A stretch of DNA of 64,000 nucleotides from Vicugna vicugna (taxonomy: Eukaryota), in assembly GCA_013265495.1 (NCBI GenBank), contig MU058384.1, positions 681,622 through 745,621 of the forward strand, given 5' to 3'. Made by a program: the position numbers and the translations under genes. The notes below the pieces were generated by a model. It searched no databases and was not told the origin of the DNA. It saw only the letters and a program-made list of their open reading frames with translations. This document shows positions 14,209 to 26,667 of the stretch, one piece after another. The stretch's first letter is position 1. Each line of letters opens with the position of its first letter.

Positions 14209-14534
14209 CAGTTGATCCTTGAACGATGCAAGGGGAGGACACCTCCCCTTACATAGTTAAAAATCTGTGCACTGCTGTCTCTGCCTCAGAAGCAGCTGAT
14301 GAATGACTCACCCAAGGGCAGGAAGCTGAAACAGTTTCCAAAGAATCAAGACTCAAAACACTAGTTCTTTTCATTCCGCATATTGTGATCTCTAATCAAA
14401 CAGAAATTTTCCCCTACACTTAGTTAATATAATGATCTATACAATGAAAATATAGGTACTATATTTATTGGGAAAAAAATCCATGTATAAATGGACCCAT
14501 ACAGTTCAAACCCGTGGTGTTCAAAGATCAACTA
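14209..14534. mobile_element. Tigger2-type non-autonomous element nested in the Charlie
   Basis: TIRs cagttgatccttgaac ... gttcaaagatcaact; subterminal aaaaaatccatgtataaatggacccatacagttcaaacccgtg. Confidence 0.8.
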
Positions 14535-15948
14535 TATGTGGCTTTTAGACTATGAAAACAAAGTATTTTTTTGGTGGTTGTTAAAAAGTTCATCCTGTGA
14601 AAAAGGAAACAAGTTTTTAGTAGCAGAGAATATTGTCCAGAAAATGTTAAGTCACAGAGCTGGCCAAAACCTAATAATGCCAGCACATAAAATTATAGTG
14701 GGGAAATTGCTGAGACAAGATGCTGAATGAAAGTTTGAAAAGGCTCCTTTCTCAAGGAATTGATGATATGTCAGAAGACATTGAAAAGGTTTTGTGTAAT
14801 AAACTGGGAAACAAGAGCTTCACTATTCAGGGTGTTGAGTCAACAGATTTCACCAATAAATGCCATTCTACAGCATTTGTAATATTTGTAAATGATGATG
14901 AACTTTACAGTAATTTTCCCTTGGCAAAGAGTGGTCCGAAACAAGCAAAGAGCTACATGTACTTAATGTTTGATCTTTATATCTTTATATCTGTCTTGGA
15001 GGAATTGAATTGGCCTTTCTCTGCACCAAGGTGCTCCATCAATAACGGGCTCTTGGAGGATTTCACCTGTCTAATAAAACCGGAGTCCCAGTATTGTCAT
15101 AAAACAGTGCTTTGTTCACAAAAAAGTTCTGATGTTTAAAAAAAACTCATGAAAATGAAATAGAGTGATGCCACAAAAAATGGTCAATTTTATTAAACCA
15201 AGAACAACTCACTCAGTAATCTTTAAAAAACTGTATAAAGCAAAAACCAAAAAAACCTGGGCAAAGAGCATACACACACACCTCCCTTTACACAAAGAAA
15301 TCTAGTGGTTTTATAGAGAAGGAGTTCCCAACAGGATGTTTGAGTTGAAAGGGAAATTATAGGGGCACTTTCAAGGAAATTGGAGGCCAGAGATTGCTGA
15401 GGGCTTTGAAGATGAAAACCGGCTGCAAAAATGAGTCTAATTGGCTGCCATTTTTCTTCACATGATCCAGTTCAACAGTTTCTGGAGCAAATTGTTTTAC
15501 TTCAGATGACAAGATTTTTGTATTTAAAATTGGGAAAATCATATCTTTGGGAAAATCATATTTTCAGAAAAATCATTTGTATTTTTAAAAATCATGTTAC
15601 AAAAGGAAATCTGGAAATGTTTCCACTGCTGCTTGGGTTTGGAGGGAGAAAGAGCAGGCACGAGGTCCAAAGCTTATTGAAAACCATCTGAGAACTACAG
15701 AGAAACACTGAGCAAGTTTTTTCTTCCTCTCAACTCACGTTTACGACAGAGTGATAGACCCTTTCTCTGTCACTTCTGTTCAGCCTTAGAGCTTGACTTT
15801 GAATGAAAAGGATGTGTTTTGTGAGCTGGCAATCTGATCAGATGCTCAAGATTAGAGTTATTAATCTGCCTCTAGACAAGTTCTATATATCTGTGAAAGA
15901 AGATCCTTCATGTCAGAAGAGAGCACTGAACACTTTGATGCATTTTTT

Positions 15949-16271
15949 TCCCTTCCAGTTCTATTGAGTTGTAATTGACCTGAAGCACTGCATACATTTA
16001 AGGTGTACAGCATAATAATTTGATTTACATCATGGAATGATGACTACAATGAGTTTAGTGAACATCCAGCATCTCATATAGATACAAAATTAAAGAAAAA
16101 GAAAAGAAGTGTTTTTTCCTCTTGTGATGAAAACTCCTAGGATTTACTCTCTTAACAACGTTCATATACAACATCCAGCGGTGTTAATTCTATTTAGCAT
16201 GTTGTACATTACATCCCTAGTTTTTATCCAAACTTATAGCTGGAATTTTGTACCTTTTCACTGCCTTCATC
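15949..16271 (-). mobile_element. 5'-truncated laurasiatherian L1 3' end nested in the Charlie
   Basis: ttgagttgtaattgac...gtgatgaaaactcctaggatttactctcttaacaac...; degenerate TSD ctttga(t/g)gca(t/g)ttttt at ~15933 and ~16272. Confidence 0.85.
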
Positions 16272-17289
16272 CTTTGAGGCAGTTTTTAACTTCTGACATG
16301 TCTATTCAAAGTTCTGCTTGTTTAACAGTCATTAAGTATAAGGACAGAAATTATCTCATTTCAGTTAAAAATTAAAATTGTGTGTTTATCAATAAATTTG
16401 AACCTGCATTGACTAAACTGTGCAGCAAAAAAACAAGCACACATTTCATAGTTAATATGTAAGTTCCATTTTTCAAAATAACTTTTATGCATACATAGAA
16501 TTATGAAAATGATTATATAACCAAGAAATGTGTATAACAGTTTTATAACTGATATTGAGTCTGATCATATCACTTAGAGAATGCTTTTTTTTTCCCCCCA
16601 AACACTTGTATTAAATTTTACCGTAGGCTATAATTTTAATCATATGGCTTTGTTTTATGGTTTTAGTAGTTTCACCATTCAATCATATCAACCCATTTCA
16701 TATTGTAATAACATCAAATAATATGGAATTAAAGTCATTATTTAAATATTTATTTTATGAGTTATAAAGTATTTGAAAAGGAAAGGCAAAATGAATGTCA
16801 AAAAAGCACACTAAGCTTAATACTTTTCTGTTTTTCAAGAAAGTTTGGTTGAAAAGTCATTTTTAGCTTTAAGAAGGGGAAAGAAGGAAGGAAAACTCAT
16901 GCAGATCTTACAGTACATAACTTTATTAGAATTCTAAATAGTAGAAATGTATGGCAAATCTTTCAGGCCAACTTGGACTGGGTTAAAAAATAAGTAGAAA
17001 GTTGAATTTTTAAAAAAGGAAGAAAAACAAGTGTCTGCTATCCACATTATTTACTTTAGTAGTAGGATGGAAAAACCATGCAAAAATAGTATGATAATGA
17101 AGAAACAGAGCTACATAAAGATATTACTCCCCATTTAAAAAGAATTGACAACTATTATTGGTTTATTATATTTATAATTTATTAATCATGCTACATAATT
17201 TTTGTGCAGAAGTCCCTTAAGACATGTAAACTTTTTCAAGGTTCTCCCCTAAGTAAAAAAGATTGGGGATGGCTGCTAAAATAGATATA

Positions 17290-19480
17290 AATGCAAACAT
17301 AACAGTAATCAAATAAATGAAAATGCGATAAACTTTTTCAAAAATGAAGTTCAGAGTGATATTAATATGTAATCTATGAATGTACTCCAAATGTAATTTT
17401 TATTTCAAAACATGAGCCTAAAATGTAAGGGTACAAAAAATATAACCTCAAAAGCCAGAAAGATATATATCAAGCAAAAACTAAGTAGAAGATGCTGCTG
17501 TAGATAAGTCAATATCAGATCAAAAAAAACAGAGGTAAAACTGTGGTGACTAAAGATAAGAAGGATCACTATGTCAATGGTTAAAGTTTTAATTCACAAG
17601 TGAGTTTAGCAGTTCTAAATCTGGACGCAGCTAATGATATAACCTGAAAATATTTAAAGCACAATTTGCCAAAAATTCAAGGGAAAGTGGCCAAATCTAC
17701 TAATTTAGTGAGTGCTTTTAAATATGTATCCTAGAAATTGACAGATGAAATTGGTGGAAATAATCAGAAACGACAGGGGAAACTTCAACCTCATAATTAA
17801 CAAGACTGAACTAATGGCATTCCCCAATTAGAGAGTAGGCAAAATCAAAGCACACCAAGGAACATTTATGAAAACTAGATAATGTACTAGTCCATAGAGC
17901 TAGCCTCAACAATGCCACATAGCTGTGCCAACATATAGACTGTTTATCCACACACAAAATATACACTCTCCCATTCTATGCTCTAAAAGTTCCAAAATCC
18001 CATTCTTATTTGGAATTATAATCTCAAGAAAAGAGAGTCCATGTTTTTCAAAGAAATATACAAGAATGCTTACAAAAGCTTTATACTTAAGGACCAGAAC
18101 TAGAAATAATCCAAATATTTATCAATGATTATACTGATCAATAAATTGTGGCACCTTCTTACAATGAGATACTGTGCAGCTAATGCTGAAATACTGCTAC
18201 ACATGAATCTCACAGATAAAATGATAAGCAAATGTCAGATCAAAAAATTATATCTTATAACCCATTCTAAGGGTTGAGCACTGGGGAGAGGCATTAGGGA
18301 AGCTTCTGGGGGACTGAAAATGGCTTACATATTGATCTAAGTGGTAGTCACTTTAAATCTGTAAATTTAAATTTGTAAGTGTCCATCCATTTAAGACAAG
18401 CACTTCAGAAATATTATCCTGTAATAAAAGTAAACTCATGGGCCAGAGAAGACATCATAATAAAAAATTGGAAAACACTGAAAATTGAGCGAAATAAAAG
18501 TTCTAGGTAAAAATGTGTAGAATGTGGGAAAGCTCAGAATTAGTGAGTGAAGCAATAGCATTAGGGATTTAGAAGATTTCGAGCCAAGTAGCATGCTAAA
18601 GACAAGAGCAAAGAGTGACGTAATAGAATGAAAAACATACAGTAACGATTAACAAAGGCAAATTTATTTTCATTCTTTAATAAGAAAAAATATTATCAAA
18701 ACTCTAGCAAAATTAATAAAAAAGCAAGGACAAAAAGATATTAGGAATATAAAAGGGCATATAAATTTAAAAAGTAGCAAAGAGTAAACAGTTAATAATT
18801 GGATGTTATAATACATTGTAACAATTAATTTTAATAGTAGAAAGAACTAATTCAATTCTCAGGAAAAATACAATTTACCAAAATTTATTCAGAGGAAATA
18901 AAAGACTGGATAGTTCAATAATCCTTTAAACAATTCAATCAGTTATCAGTTAAAAATTTCTCTAAAATGTATAATGAGTCCTAGAAAGCTTTTTAGGGAA
19001 CTTGTTTCAAATGCTGAATGATTCAATTATAATTTACACAAATTCTTCCAGGGAATAAAAAAGAAGAAACATTTTTCAACTCATTTTATGGGATAAGCAG
19101 AATATTGATATTAATATTAGACTAAGAGAGTAAAAGAAAAGTATTGGCAAGTCACATTTATGAATGTAGATGCAATATCATAAAAAATTAACAAAGTAAT
19201 TCATCAATGCATTAAAAAGTAGTTCCTAATAATAATCAAGTTGGATTCATATGAGAAACTCCAGGTTGGTTTAGCATTAATGAAAAACCAATAGGTGAGT
19301 TTACTACATTAAAAAAAAAACTAAAGGAGAAAATAATATAATCACATCAAAATATGCTGAAATTTTATTTGGCAAAATTCAATACATATTATGATTTTAA
19401 AAAGCGGGAATCTTCTTAGATAACTAAGGATAGAACTTTAATGTGGTAAAGTTTATCTATAAAATACAGCAAGCATCATT
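17290..19480 (+). mobile_element. old L1 ORF2 remnant (endonuclease to early RT) with an inserted L1ME-type 3' UTR piece at ~18000-18428
   Basis: A-rich decayed ORF2; caactcattttatgggataagcagaatattgata ~ NSFYEASITLI; ggaagcttctgggggactgaaaatgg is typical of L1ME/MD 3' UTR. Confidence 0.75.
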
Positions 19481-19499
19481 CTTGTGGATCCTTTCTTTT

Positions 19500-20400
19500 T
19501 CTGCTTTTTTTTCTTCCTCCGTCAGATACTGAGAGTAATGTTTTAAATTCTCCCACTGTCAGAATGGGTTTGCCTCATTCTTTCACAGTTCTGTCAATTT
19601 TACCTTATACACTTTAATGGAATGTAAATAGGTCTATAAAATTTTAAACCTGTAAAACTGAATCTTTTATCAATGTTAAGTGTCCTATTTATTGACTGAA
19701 TTTTCAGCTTTATTTTGGATAGCACTGTTGCCCATTTTCTTTCTTTTTTTATTCTTTCTGTGTAATTCTGTATCTTGGTTTTTGAAGGAACCAGTTTGGA
19801 GTTCAGGTTTGATTTTACATTTCTCAAGTATGGTAATATTTGTCTTTGAATTGAACTTTCAAAATCCTTTTAACTTTATTTTATTTTCTTAAAGTGGAGA
19901 AGAAATATTATTTTCTTTACTCTAATATAATTGTTGTATCTATTTATATCTAACATCCTCTCAATTCTTCCTTTACATTTGATATGTTTGCTTCTTTCTC
20001 TCTACTTGATCAACTTCTGTAGTAACCAAGCATTGTTCGTCTTACTATTATTCAGTGTTTCTTCTCCAAGTGTCTTATTTATACGTAGTTGTACCATTGT
20101 ACTAGGGTTTATCTTCTGTAATACAATATGCATCTTCTTATTAAAATCTAATATAAAACAGTACTCTCTTCCTGGAAAACGCCAGGATGGAGGAATCACC
20201 TGCATTAATCCTCCTTGTACCTTTTGTGCTATTATTACCATGCATTTTATTGCCTCATCTATTGGAAACTTCATAAGACATTGCAGTGCAGTCAGTATGC
20301 AATTGCATCTACCCTTCCCACTGCTTCTCGTTCCTTCCTTGTTTCCTTTGCTTCCTTACGGGACCATTTATTTTCTGCCTGATGAAATCCTTTAGTATTT
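19500..20400 (-). mobile_element. old L1 fragment (ORF1-ORF2 junction/endonuclease), antisense
   Basis: tactgagagtaatgttttaaattctcccactgtc...ttctgtcaatttt and ttttctgcctgatgaaatcctttagtattt. Confidence 0.65.
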
Positions 20401-21050
20401 GTATCAGTCAGGCTGCAGTTAGGAAACAGAATACTAGTAATTGAAGCAGGAAAAAATTGATACAAATATTTGTTAATTACTAAAAGAGGTAAAAAAGAAT
20501 ATTAGGTGGTTCCAAAGCAGCCAACGCAGAAAGCAGCCATTACTCCTAGGGCTGAGAGGGAGAGTGAACAAGGAAGGAACTAAGGACTTAGGTGGGGTCC
20601 CCTGCTAATGCAGAGATTCAGGTATTTCTGGCAAGGGAATGACTACCATAAAAACGTGGAGATTGCCAGTGGTAACAAACTTGCTGGAGATCATAAGCAA
20701 GTCGACATGGTGCTGGAAAATCTTTCTGAAGGCCATGGCCACTGTTGTCCTGCAGGAGTAACCTGCTTAGTGACAAAGAAGCATCCTAGATGTTGTCCAC
20801 AACTTTTCCATATGGACAGCTGAAGGCAGTGCTACCAGGCTTCCCAGGTGCCACTGTTTGGCTGTCAGTTTGAAAAACAGCACATCAGAGACAAGAAGGA
20901 AGTGCCTGTCAACTTCTCTGGTTTTACAGTGTTTTTCAAGGACTCACTCTTAAAGCTGACAAAGGGGAAGTGTCTGTGAGCTCTGCTTCTAGTACCACAA
21001 GGAAGGATGAATTATGAGATGAGGGGCGTTTTTGATAATGGGTACAGTTG
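20401..21050 (-). mobile_element. ERVL-class LTR
   Basis: begins tgtatcagtcaggctgcagttaggaaacaga, typical of antisense ERVL/MLT2-like LTR ends; adjoins ERVL internal sequence; subfamily not determined. Confidence 0.6.
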
Positions 21051-21935
21051 ACTTTTTTGGTTCTTCCATTATCGAACACACCCTTTATGTATAGCGTCAG
21101 TTTCCATACAACAAATAAACAACTCCATGATTCCATCTAATAAAAAGTGTTGTCCTTTATACTGTGTGAAGTCCTTTCCCTCTCACTACAATGATGAGAC
21201 CCACACTCCCAATAGCTACCACTAAGTTTATTAATCACTAAACACATTCAGTCACAGTTCCACTGAATACTGTTATCTAAAGACTAAATTTTAAAATTAA
21301 CCACCAATATATTGTGTATAGAATAAAAAGAAGGAAAATGAGAGAGAAAATATATTTGATAAATGCTAATCACTATACATGTAACATGCAAAGAGAAACT
21401 GTATTTAAAATAACCATAGTCCATATTTCAGTAAATAGTCATGTCCATTGTTGATATTTATTGACTTCTTTCTTCTACAATATCTCCCTATTCCTTTGGT
21501 CTCAGGAAAAACAAAATCTCCGCTGGTGAAGGTTTTAGTAGGTAGGCTGACTAAACTGTCATTACAAAGAAAATGAGATCTCAAAAGTCCTATCTTTTTT
21601 TTTTTTTGGCTTATCCTAGCATTAATCTTTACTATTAGACATTAAAATACTAAGAGGTACCACAGACACTCCCATGGGCCCCATATATATTCATCTTTGC
21701 CCCCATTTTTGTAAAACTGCAAATTTATTTCCTAATCACAACCAATCAGCCAAACAAGAAGAGTTAACTCCTTTTTCCTATGGTTTGGGTCAGCGTCATA
21801 AGAAATACAAAATGGCAAGGTGGAAGTTTCATCTTCCAATTCAGTGGAATCAAGTGTTGTGTAGCTGGGGAGTAGCGTTCCTCCATTAGGAAAAAAAAAA
21901 TCCACACTAGCAGAACTCAAATAACATAGCCTCCT
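21051..21935 (-). mobile_element. ERVL internal 3' region (dUTPase remnant)
   Basis: ORF 21732-21950 LCYLSSASVDFFFPNGGTLLP resembles ERVL dUTPase (LCSAGLEVLVPEGGMLPPG); DNA colinear with recalled ERVL-int 3' end. Confidence 0.75.
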
Positions 21936-22119
21936 CTCCCCATCTTGCATGAGTGCTTGGCAAGATGAAAGGTCTTGTAGGAGAAGGAATTTTTAATTCA
22001 TTTGGTGCAAAAGTCCTATGTGTGTGCAGAATGCAGCTGCAAATGCCTCTGCACCGTCATTGTCTCGGACAAGAACTAATGTAAACGTACTGTATGGAGT
22101 TGTCTGCTTTTTGTTTTTT

Positions 22120-22395
22120 CTTTGACTTGAAACAACAGAAATTTATTGTCTCTTGGTTTTAGAGGCTAGAAGTTGAAAATCAAGGTGTTGGCAGGGCCAA
22201 GCTCCCTCTAAAATCTGTAAGGGAGTCCTTCCCTGCCTCTTCTAGCTACGGGTGGTGGCCTCGGCGTTCCTTGGCTTGCAGCTGCATTACTGCACTGCCT
22301 GCCTCCACCTTCCCCTGTCTCCTCACTCACCTTGTCTTATAAACGCACCTGATGTGTTATTGGATTAAGGACCCACCCTACTCCAGTATGACCTC
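22120..22395 (-). mobile_element. MLT1C-like MaLR LTR
   Basis: aacaacagaaatttattgtctc...aatcaaggtgttggcagggcc...ggattaaggacccaccctactccagtatgacctc. Confidence 0.85.
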
Positions 22396-22712
22396 TTTTT
22401 TTTTTTCATTGAAGTATAGTTGATTTACAATGTTGTGTTAGTCTCTGGTGCACAGCTTGGTGATTCAGCTATACACACACAGCCACACACACATGTATAT
22501 TATTTTTCATTATGTGTTACTACAAGATATTACAGGTTACTGTAAGAATATAGTTCCCTGTGGTATACAGTAGGACCTTGTTGTTTATCTATTTTATAGT
22601 TAGTGTCTGCAAATCCCAAACTCCCAATTTACCGTTCCCTTCCCTTTCCTCCTTGGTAACCATAATTTTGTTTTCTATGTCTATAAGTCTGTTTCTGTCC
22701 TGTAAAGACGTT
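22396..22712 (-). mobile_element. artiodactyl-type L1 3' end with poly(A) tail
   Basis: poly-T then ttgaagtatagttgatttacaatgttgtgttag...tagttccctgtggtatacagtaggaccttgttg. Confidence 0.85.
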
Positions 22713-23304
22713 TGTCTACTTTGGGTTTTAGTCTTAAAGTTCCTTCTCAGTTCAGAGGATATTATTCAGTATCTCCGCCTACCAACAGTTACATTGTAGT
22801 GATAGTGGGTAAGACACGGGCATTGGGTTGAAGAACGTAAGAAGAGTGGGTCAGTGGAAATAGAGTAGACAGTGCTGTTACATGCTTGACTGTCAGTGAT
22901 GAGAAATGAAGTGGTAATGGGTTAAAGGAATGTGTTTCTGTGTGGTGTGTGTGTGTGTATGTGTGTTTAATTTTAGACAAACTTGAGTATATTCATTTTC
23001 TGAAGAGAAATAATTAGTGGAGGAAAAATGGAAAAGGGGATAGTCTGTAACAAACAAATTCTTGCAAACATAGAAAGATAGTAAATCCAAATTATAGGGG
23101 AAGGGATTTGTTTCCACATGTGGAAAGAAGACTTTTTATTGAAGTTACAGACTCACCAAAGTGTTGGTAGGTTTAATTGTATACAAATTGATTATTAGTA
23201 GCAAATTAGTGATACTGGATATTTTATTATACCAGTTATTCTACTGATCAGTATATATTTTCTTTCTCCTTTAATTTAGATGTTTAGTCAATTATGTATG
23301 GTTA

Positions 23305-23540
23305 AGTTCATTCATTTAGCAAACATTTCTTGAGTATTTACTATGCATACAACATGGTATGAACAAACGGGGATTTAAAAACCATAATGGCTACCATCTC
23401 CAAATTTATGGAGAAGCCAAACTCACTGGAAAGAAACATAAAAAATAAAATCTGAAATATAAGGAGAGAGTAGTCAGAGATAAATACAAATTGTTGTAGA
23501 AGCCTAGGATGGATTGAATGAATTGGGAAGGAGCAAGAAT
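23305..23540 (-). mobile_element. L2 3' end
   Basis: ttcattcatttagcaaacatttcttgagtatttactatg. Confidence 0.65.
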
Positions 23541-25262
23541 GGAAAGTGATGCTTCTCTTGATTTACAAGCCAAGAATCCAATTTTCTTTTTATGTTTGAC
23601 AACAGACTCTGACATCCCAATAGTATTTTGTGTAACCTTGGGCTAAATTTGAATCTTTACAAGCTGCTACAAGAGAAAAGTAGAAAATTACATAGCAGGA
23701 TACAGCCCTCTAATTCATCCAGAGCAACTGTACTTTGATCTTCTCCATAAATGGGGTCCTGTGTAAGATTTTGATGTAACAGGTAATTCTGCTATTTAAA
23801 TAAAATAATTTTTACACTTCTTCCTTAAGAATGCTTAAGAAGGAAAATGGAATACAGAGGCATTATCTGATATACTTCAGAGATAAATTTTAAAATACAC
23901 TAGATGATTATTTCTGATTTCAAGTAATCCATATGATCACTTCATATGGCACAGATAATCAAAGTTTGTACTTCTTTACATACAGTCTACAGCTTTGACG
24001 AAAACAGACGGGAAGGGAAGATAGATTCTCTAATATGTTTAATTATTTTGACTATGTTGACCATTTAAAATAAACTGTAAATGTGTATGGATAAAAGTAA
24101 GGAAATGCAATTATCTAAACATTCTTAAGATAAGGAATGTTTGGGATTTTTAACATTCTTTCTAAAAACATAATTTTTTGAGTGAAGAATGCAACATGCA
24201 GCTGGAAGATTATTACACTGAACTGTTTGAATGTCTTTAAGAGACAAAAATAAAATAAATGTGCTAACCAGGAAATAGTGCTAGCAACAATCCCAAGAAC
24301 AAGGAATGTGATGTACAGAAAAGCGTGATAATTAGAAATGTGAGTCATTATAATGTTAAAATTGAAAACTGAATTATATTAAAGTTATTAAAGTCAAAAG
24401 TTATCGTTCCTGAGTAACATTTTCCAAGTCATATTACCCGTATGTACTGTTTTCTCTTCCTGTTTGGTTTATTTTGTCTCTGGTCTTCAGCCATTAAGGC
24501 AATATGAATAAAAATTATATTGTTCTGTTTTTCAAAGATTGCTTTTTTGCTTCATTAAAAAATGAAATTATAAAAATGTCAATTTACCTTTCAGTTTCTC
24601 AAATGCATGTGTTCTAGACACACTGTGTAGAAGAGCTACATTTTGAAGGCAGTTTTTTTTCAATAGGTACTTCATTTTTTTTTTTACTTATATTTAGAAT
24701 GTGCAAACGTCCAGGAATCACAGGCAAGAGCCAGAAGTTGCTCAAATAAAATGGGCTTGATCATCCTTTCCACATTAGGAAAAGACACTAAAATTGTTTC
24801 ATTTGGGCATTTTTACCAACAAAAAAAGCAAACAGAAAAAAACAAACAAACAAACAAAACTTTTCATTCCCCTCTACCACCCTGGGCTCCTTCTAAACTT
24901 AGTACAATACTTTTTTTTTCTCCTTCTCTAATGTTTCTTTGAGGAGGAGAATAATTTTAATATTAATAGCTCAATAAATCTTAATAGCTCAATTGTTTAT
25001 TTCCTCAGATGCTGGAATCTTATGAAGATGAAAAAGGGATTTTTCTGATGTTTAGTAAGTGATATATTTCAGTCTCTTAAGTGTAGCTGAGGTGCTTTAT
25101 GAACAAGCAAAGGATCACCCTTACACACAGTCACTACCTTCCTCTGACATGAACTTGTCAGAATTCCCCTATGCTGTGTGTTTGATGCAGCAGCAATGGT
25201 AGGAGTTCACAACACATCTTATTTTCCCCAAATCCTATGAATTTAGTATTAAAGAGACTTAC

Positions 25263-25273
25263 CTGTCAATCTT
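25263..25273 (-). other. candidate 11-nt microexon (or 3' end of a first exon) of an unidentified minus-strand transcript
   Basis: minus strand: ...tccttcattttcccctttctcttgttgcttcAG|aagattgacag|GTAAGTc; no AG for ~130 nt upstream; cactaat branch-point-like motif ~70 nt upstream. Confidence 0.45.
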
Positions 25274-26667
25274 CTGAAGCAACAAGAGAAAGGGGAAAAT
25301 GAAGGAGAGATTTGAAGGGAATATAGAAAAAAAAATCAGGAATTAGTGAAAGAAAAAAAAAAGAGAGAGAGACAGAGAGCGAACAAGAGAAAGGTACCAG
25401 TGACCATTCTATCAGGGCTCCTGGTTCTTCTGATTTGCCTTTCTGGATCTCAGACGTCTGACATCAGAAACACAGGCTGTGTCTAGTTTAGTCTAAATCT
25501 ATTTGATGATGTGATCAGTTCCGGCAAGCATTGGATTTTATGGGAAATACTTTTTTTTAAAAGGATTTTAAATTGGATACTTTCTCAAATCAACTAGCTG
25601 ATTAAAAATGGTCCATTGAGTAGTCCAGTGACATGGCAATTACACATCTTGGGGAAAAATTAAAGAAAAAGAGAAATTGGCTGGTTATTTTACGTATACA
25701 ATGGCGATCATTGAACTTGAAGTTAAATTTGTCACTCCTTTCCCTGCACGAACAATCCCAGCAGGTTATTTTCCCAGCAGGTAGACAAAGCTGTAGTCTG
25801 TCGAATCTGCTTTAGGGTCACGTTTCAGATATTAGCAAGTGAAGCAAGAGCTATTCTTTGAGCACTTATTGCGTGCTATGACGAGGAGCTAGAGATTTTA
25901 GGAAATACAGATATTCAATGAATTAGACATGGCCATGCTCCTCAGTCATCAATCAAAAGGATGAGAAGACAAGCAAATGCTTATAGATAATTGCCAAGAA
26001 CACTAAAAGGAAGAACTCATAATCAAAGATACATTTAGTTGAAGTATAACTGGGTTTATAGTCAGTTTACAGACAAATGCAGAAATTTTGTCTAAAATAG
26101 ACTAGACAGCTAATCATTGAGTGTGTGCTTGCTATTTGTAAATCCACACAATAAGGAAACAAATGTAGGTGATAATGAAAACATTATGGAAACAACACAC
26201 CCAACCCTTTATCAAATCCTCAACCTTGTGATGTGAACAACACCCACAATTCAAAATTCACAAGAAATTCTTTCTTCAAATAAAATGACAGTTAAGTGAT
26301 GTCAGAAAAATATGAACTACTATAGAAGTAGTAATTTATTAATAACTTAAAAACCCACTAAATTTGGGGAAATGCTATTATATTAATTCATTCTTGAAAA
26401 TTTGACCATTCAATTAATTAATTATTGGAAGAATTGCTTTTTGTTAAATTACTATTGGGTAATTCATTTTTGCTGAACTTTTCTGTTTACCAGGAGCACA
26501 TTACCTTCTGGAAGTGTTCAGTCTGTCTTATGCTGGAAGCTCCTCTCTGTGAGTTCTACTCAAATATCTCAGTTCTTAATTTGATTCATATTGATACTAT
26601 GGCATTGACTATATCTACTTACTCTTATATGATATATGGTATCTAATTTAAAGCATAAAATATAAAC

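Larger units (their letters stand above)
13160..17275 (+). mobile_element. hAT-Charlie (Buster-like) DNA transposon with decayed transposase, interrupted by Tigger2-type and L1 insertions
   Basis: ORFs 14491-14730 (LVAENIVQKMLSHRAGQNLIMPAHKIIVGKLL) and 14720-15139 (IDDMSEDIEKVLCNKLGNKSFTIQGVESTDFTNKCH..AFV.FVND) resemble Charlie/ZBED5/FAM200-type transposase; TIR-like end gtaaaaaagattggggatggctg at ~17275; left end uncertain. Confidence 0.85.

Noticed and set aside
14491..15691. Transposase-like ORFs as a domesticated ZBED5/FAM200-type gene
   Set aside because: Multiple frameshifts and stops, altered catalytic motif and nested TE insertions.
19931..20395. Longest ORF (154 aa, hydrophobic)
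   Set aside because: Lies on the T-rich antisense strand of a decayed L1; the hydrophobicity is compositional and there is no recognisable domain.
24962..24993. Short local duplications (ttaatagctcaat x2; similar ones near 5065-5130, 46547-46580, 50510-50560)
   Set aside because: Ordinary slippage-scale repeats in AT-rich DNA.
25009..25054. Plus-strand 46-nt exon candidate (ttcctcAG...ttta|GTAAGT)
   Set aside because: Weak exonic side of the donor, frame-shifting length and no recognisable peptide; such matches are expected by chance.
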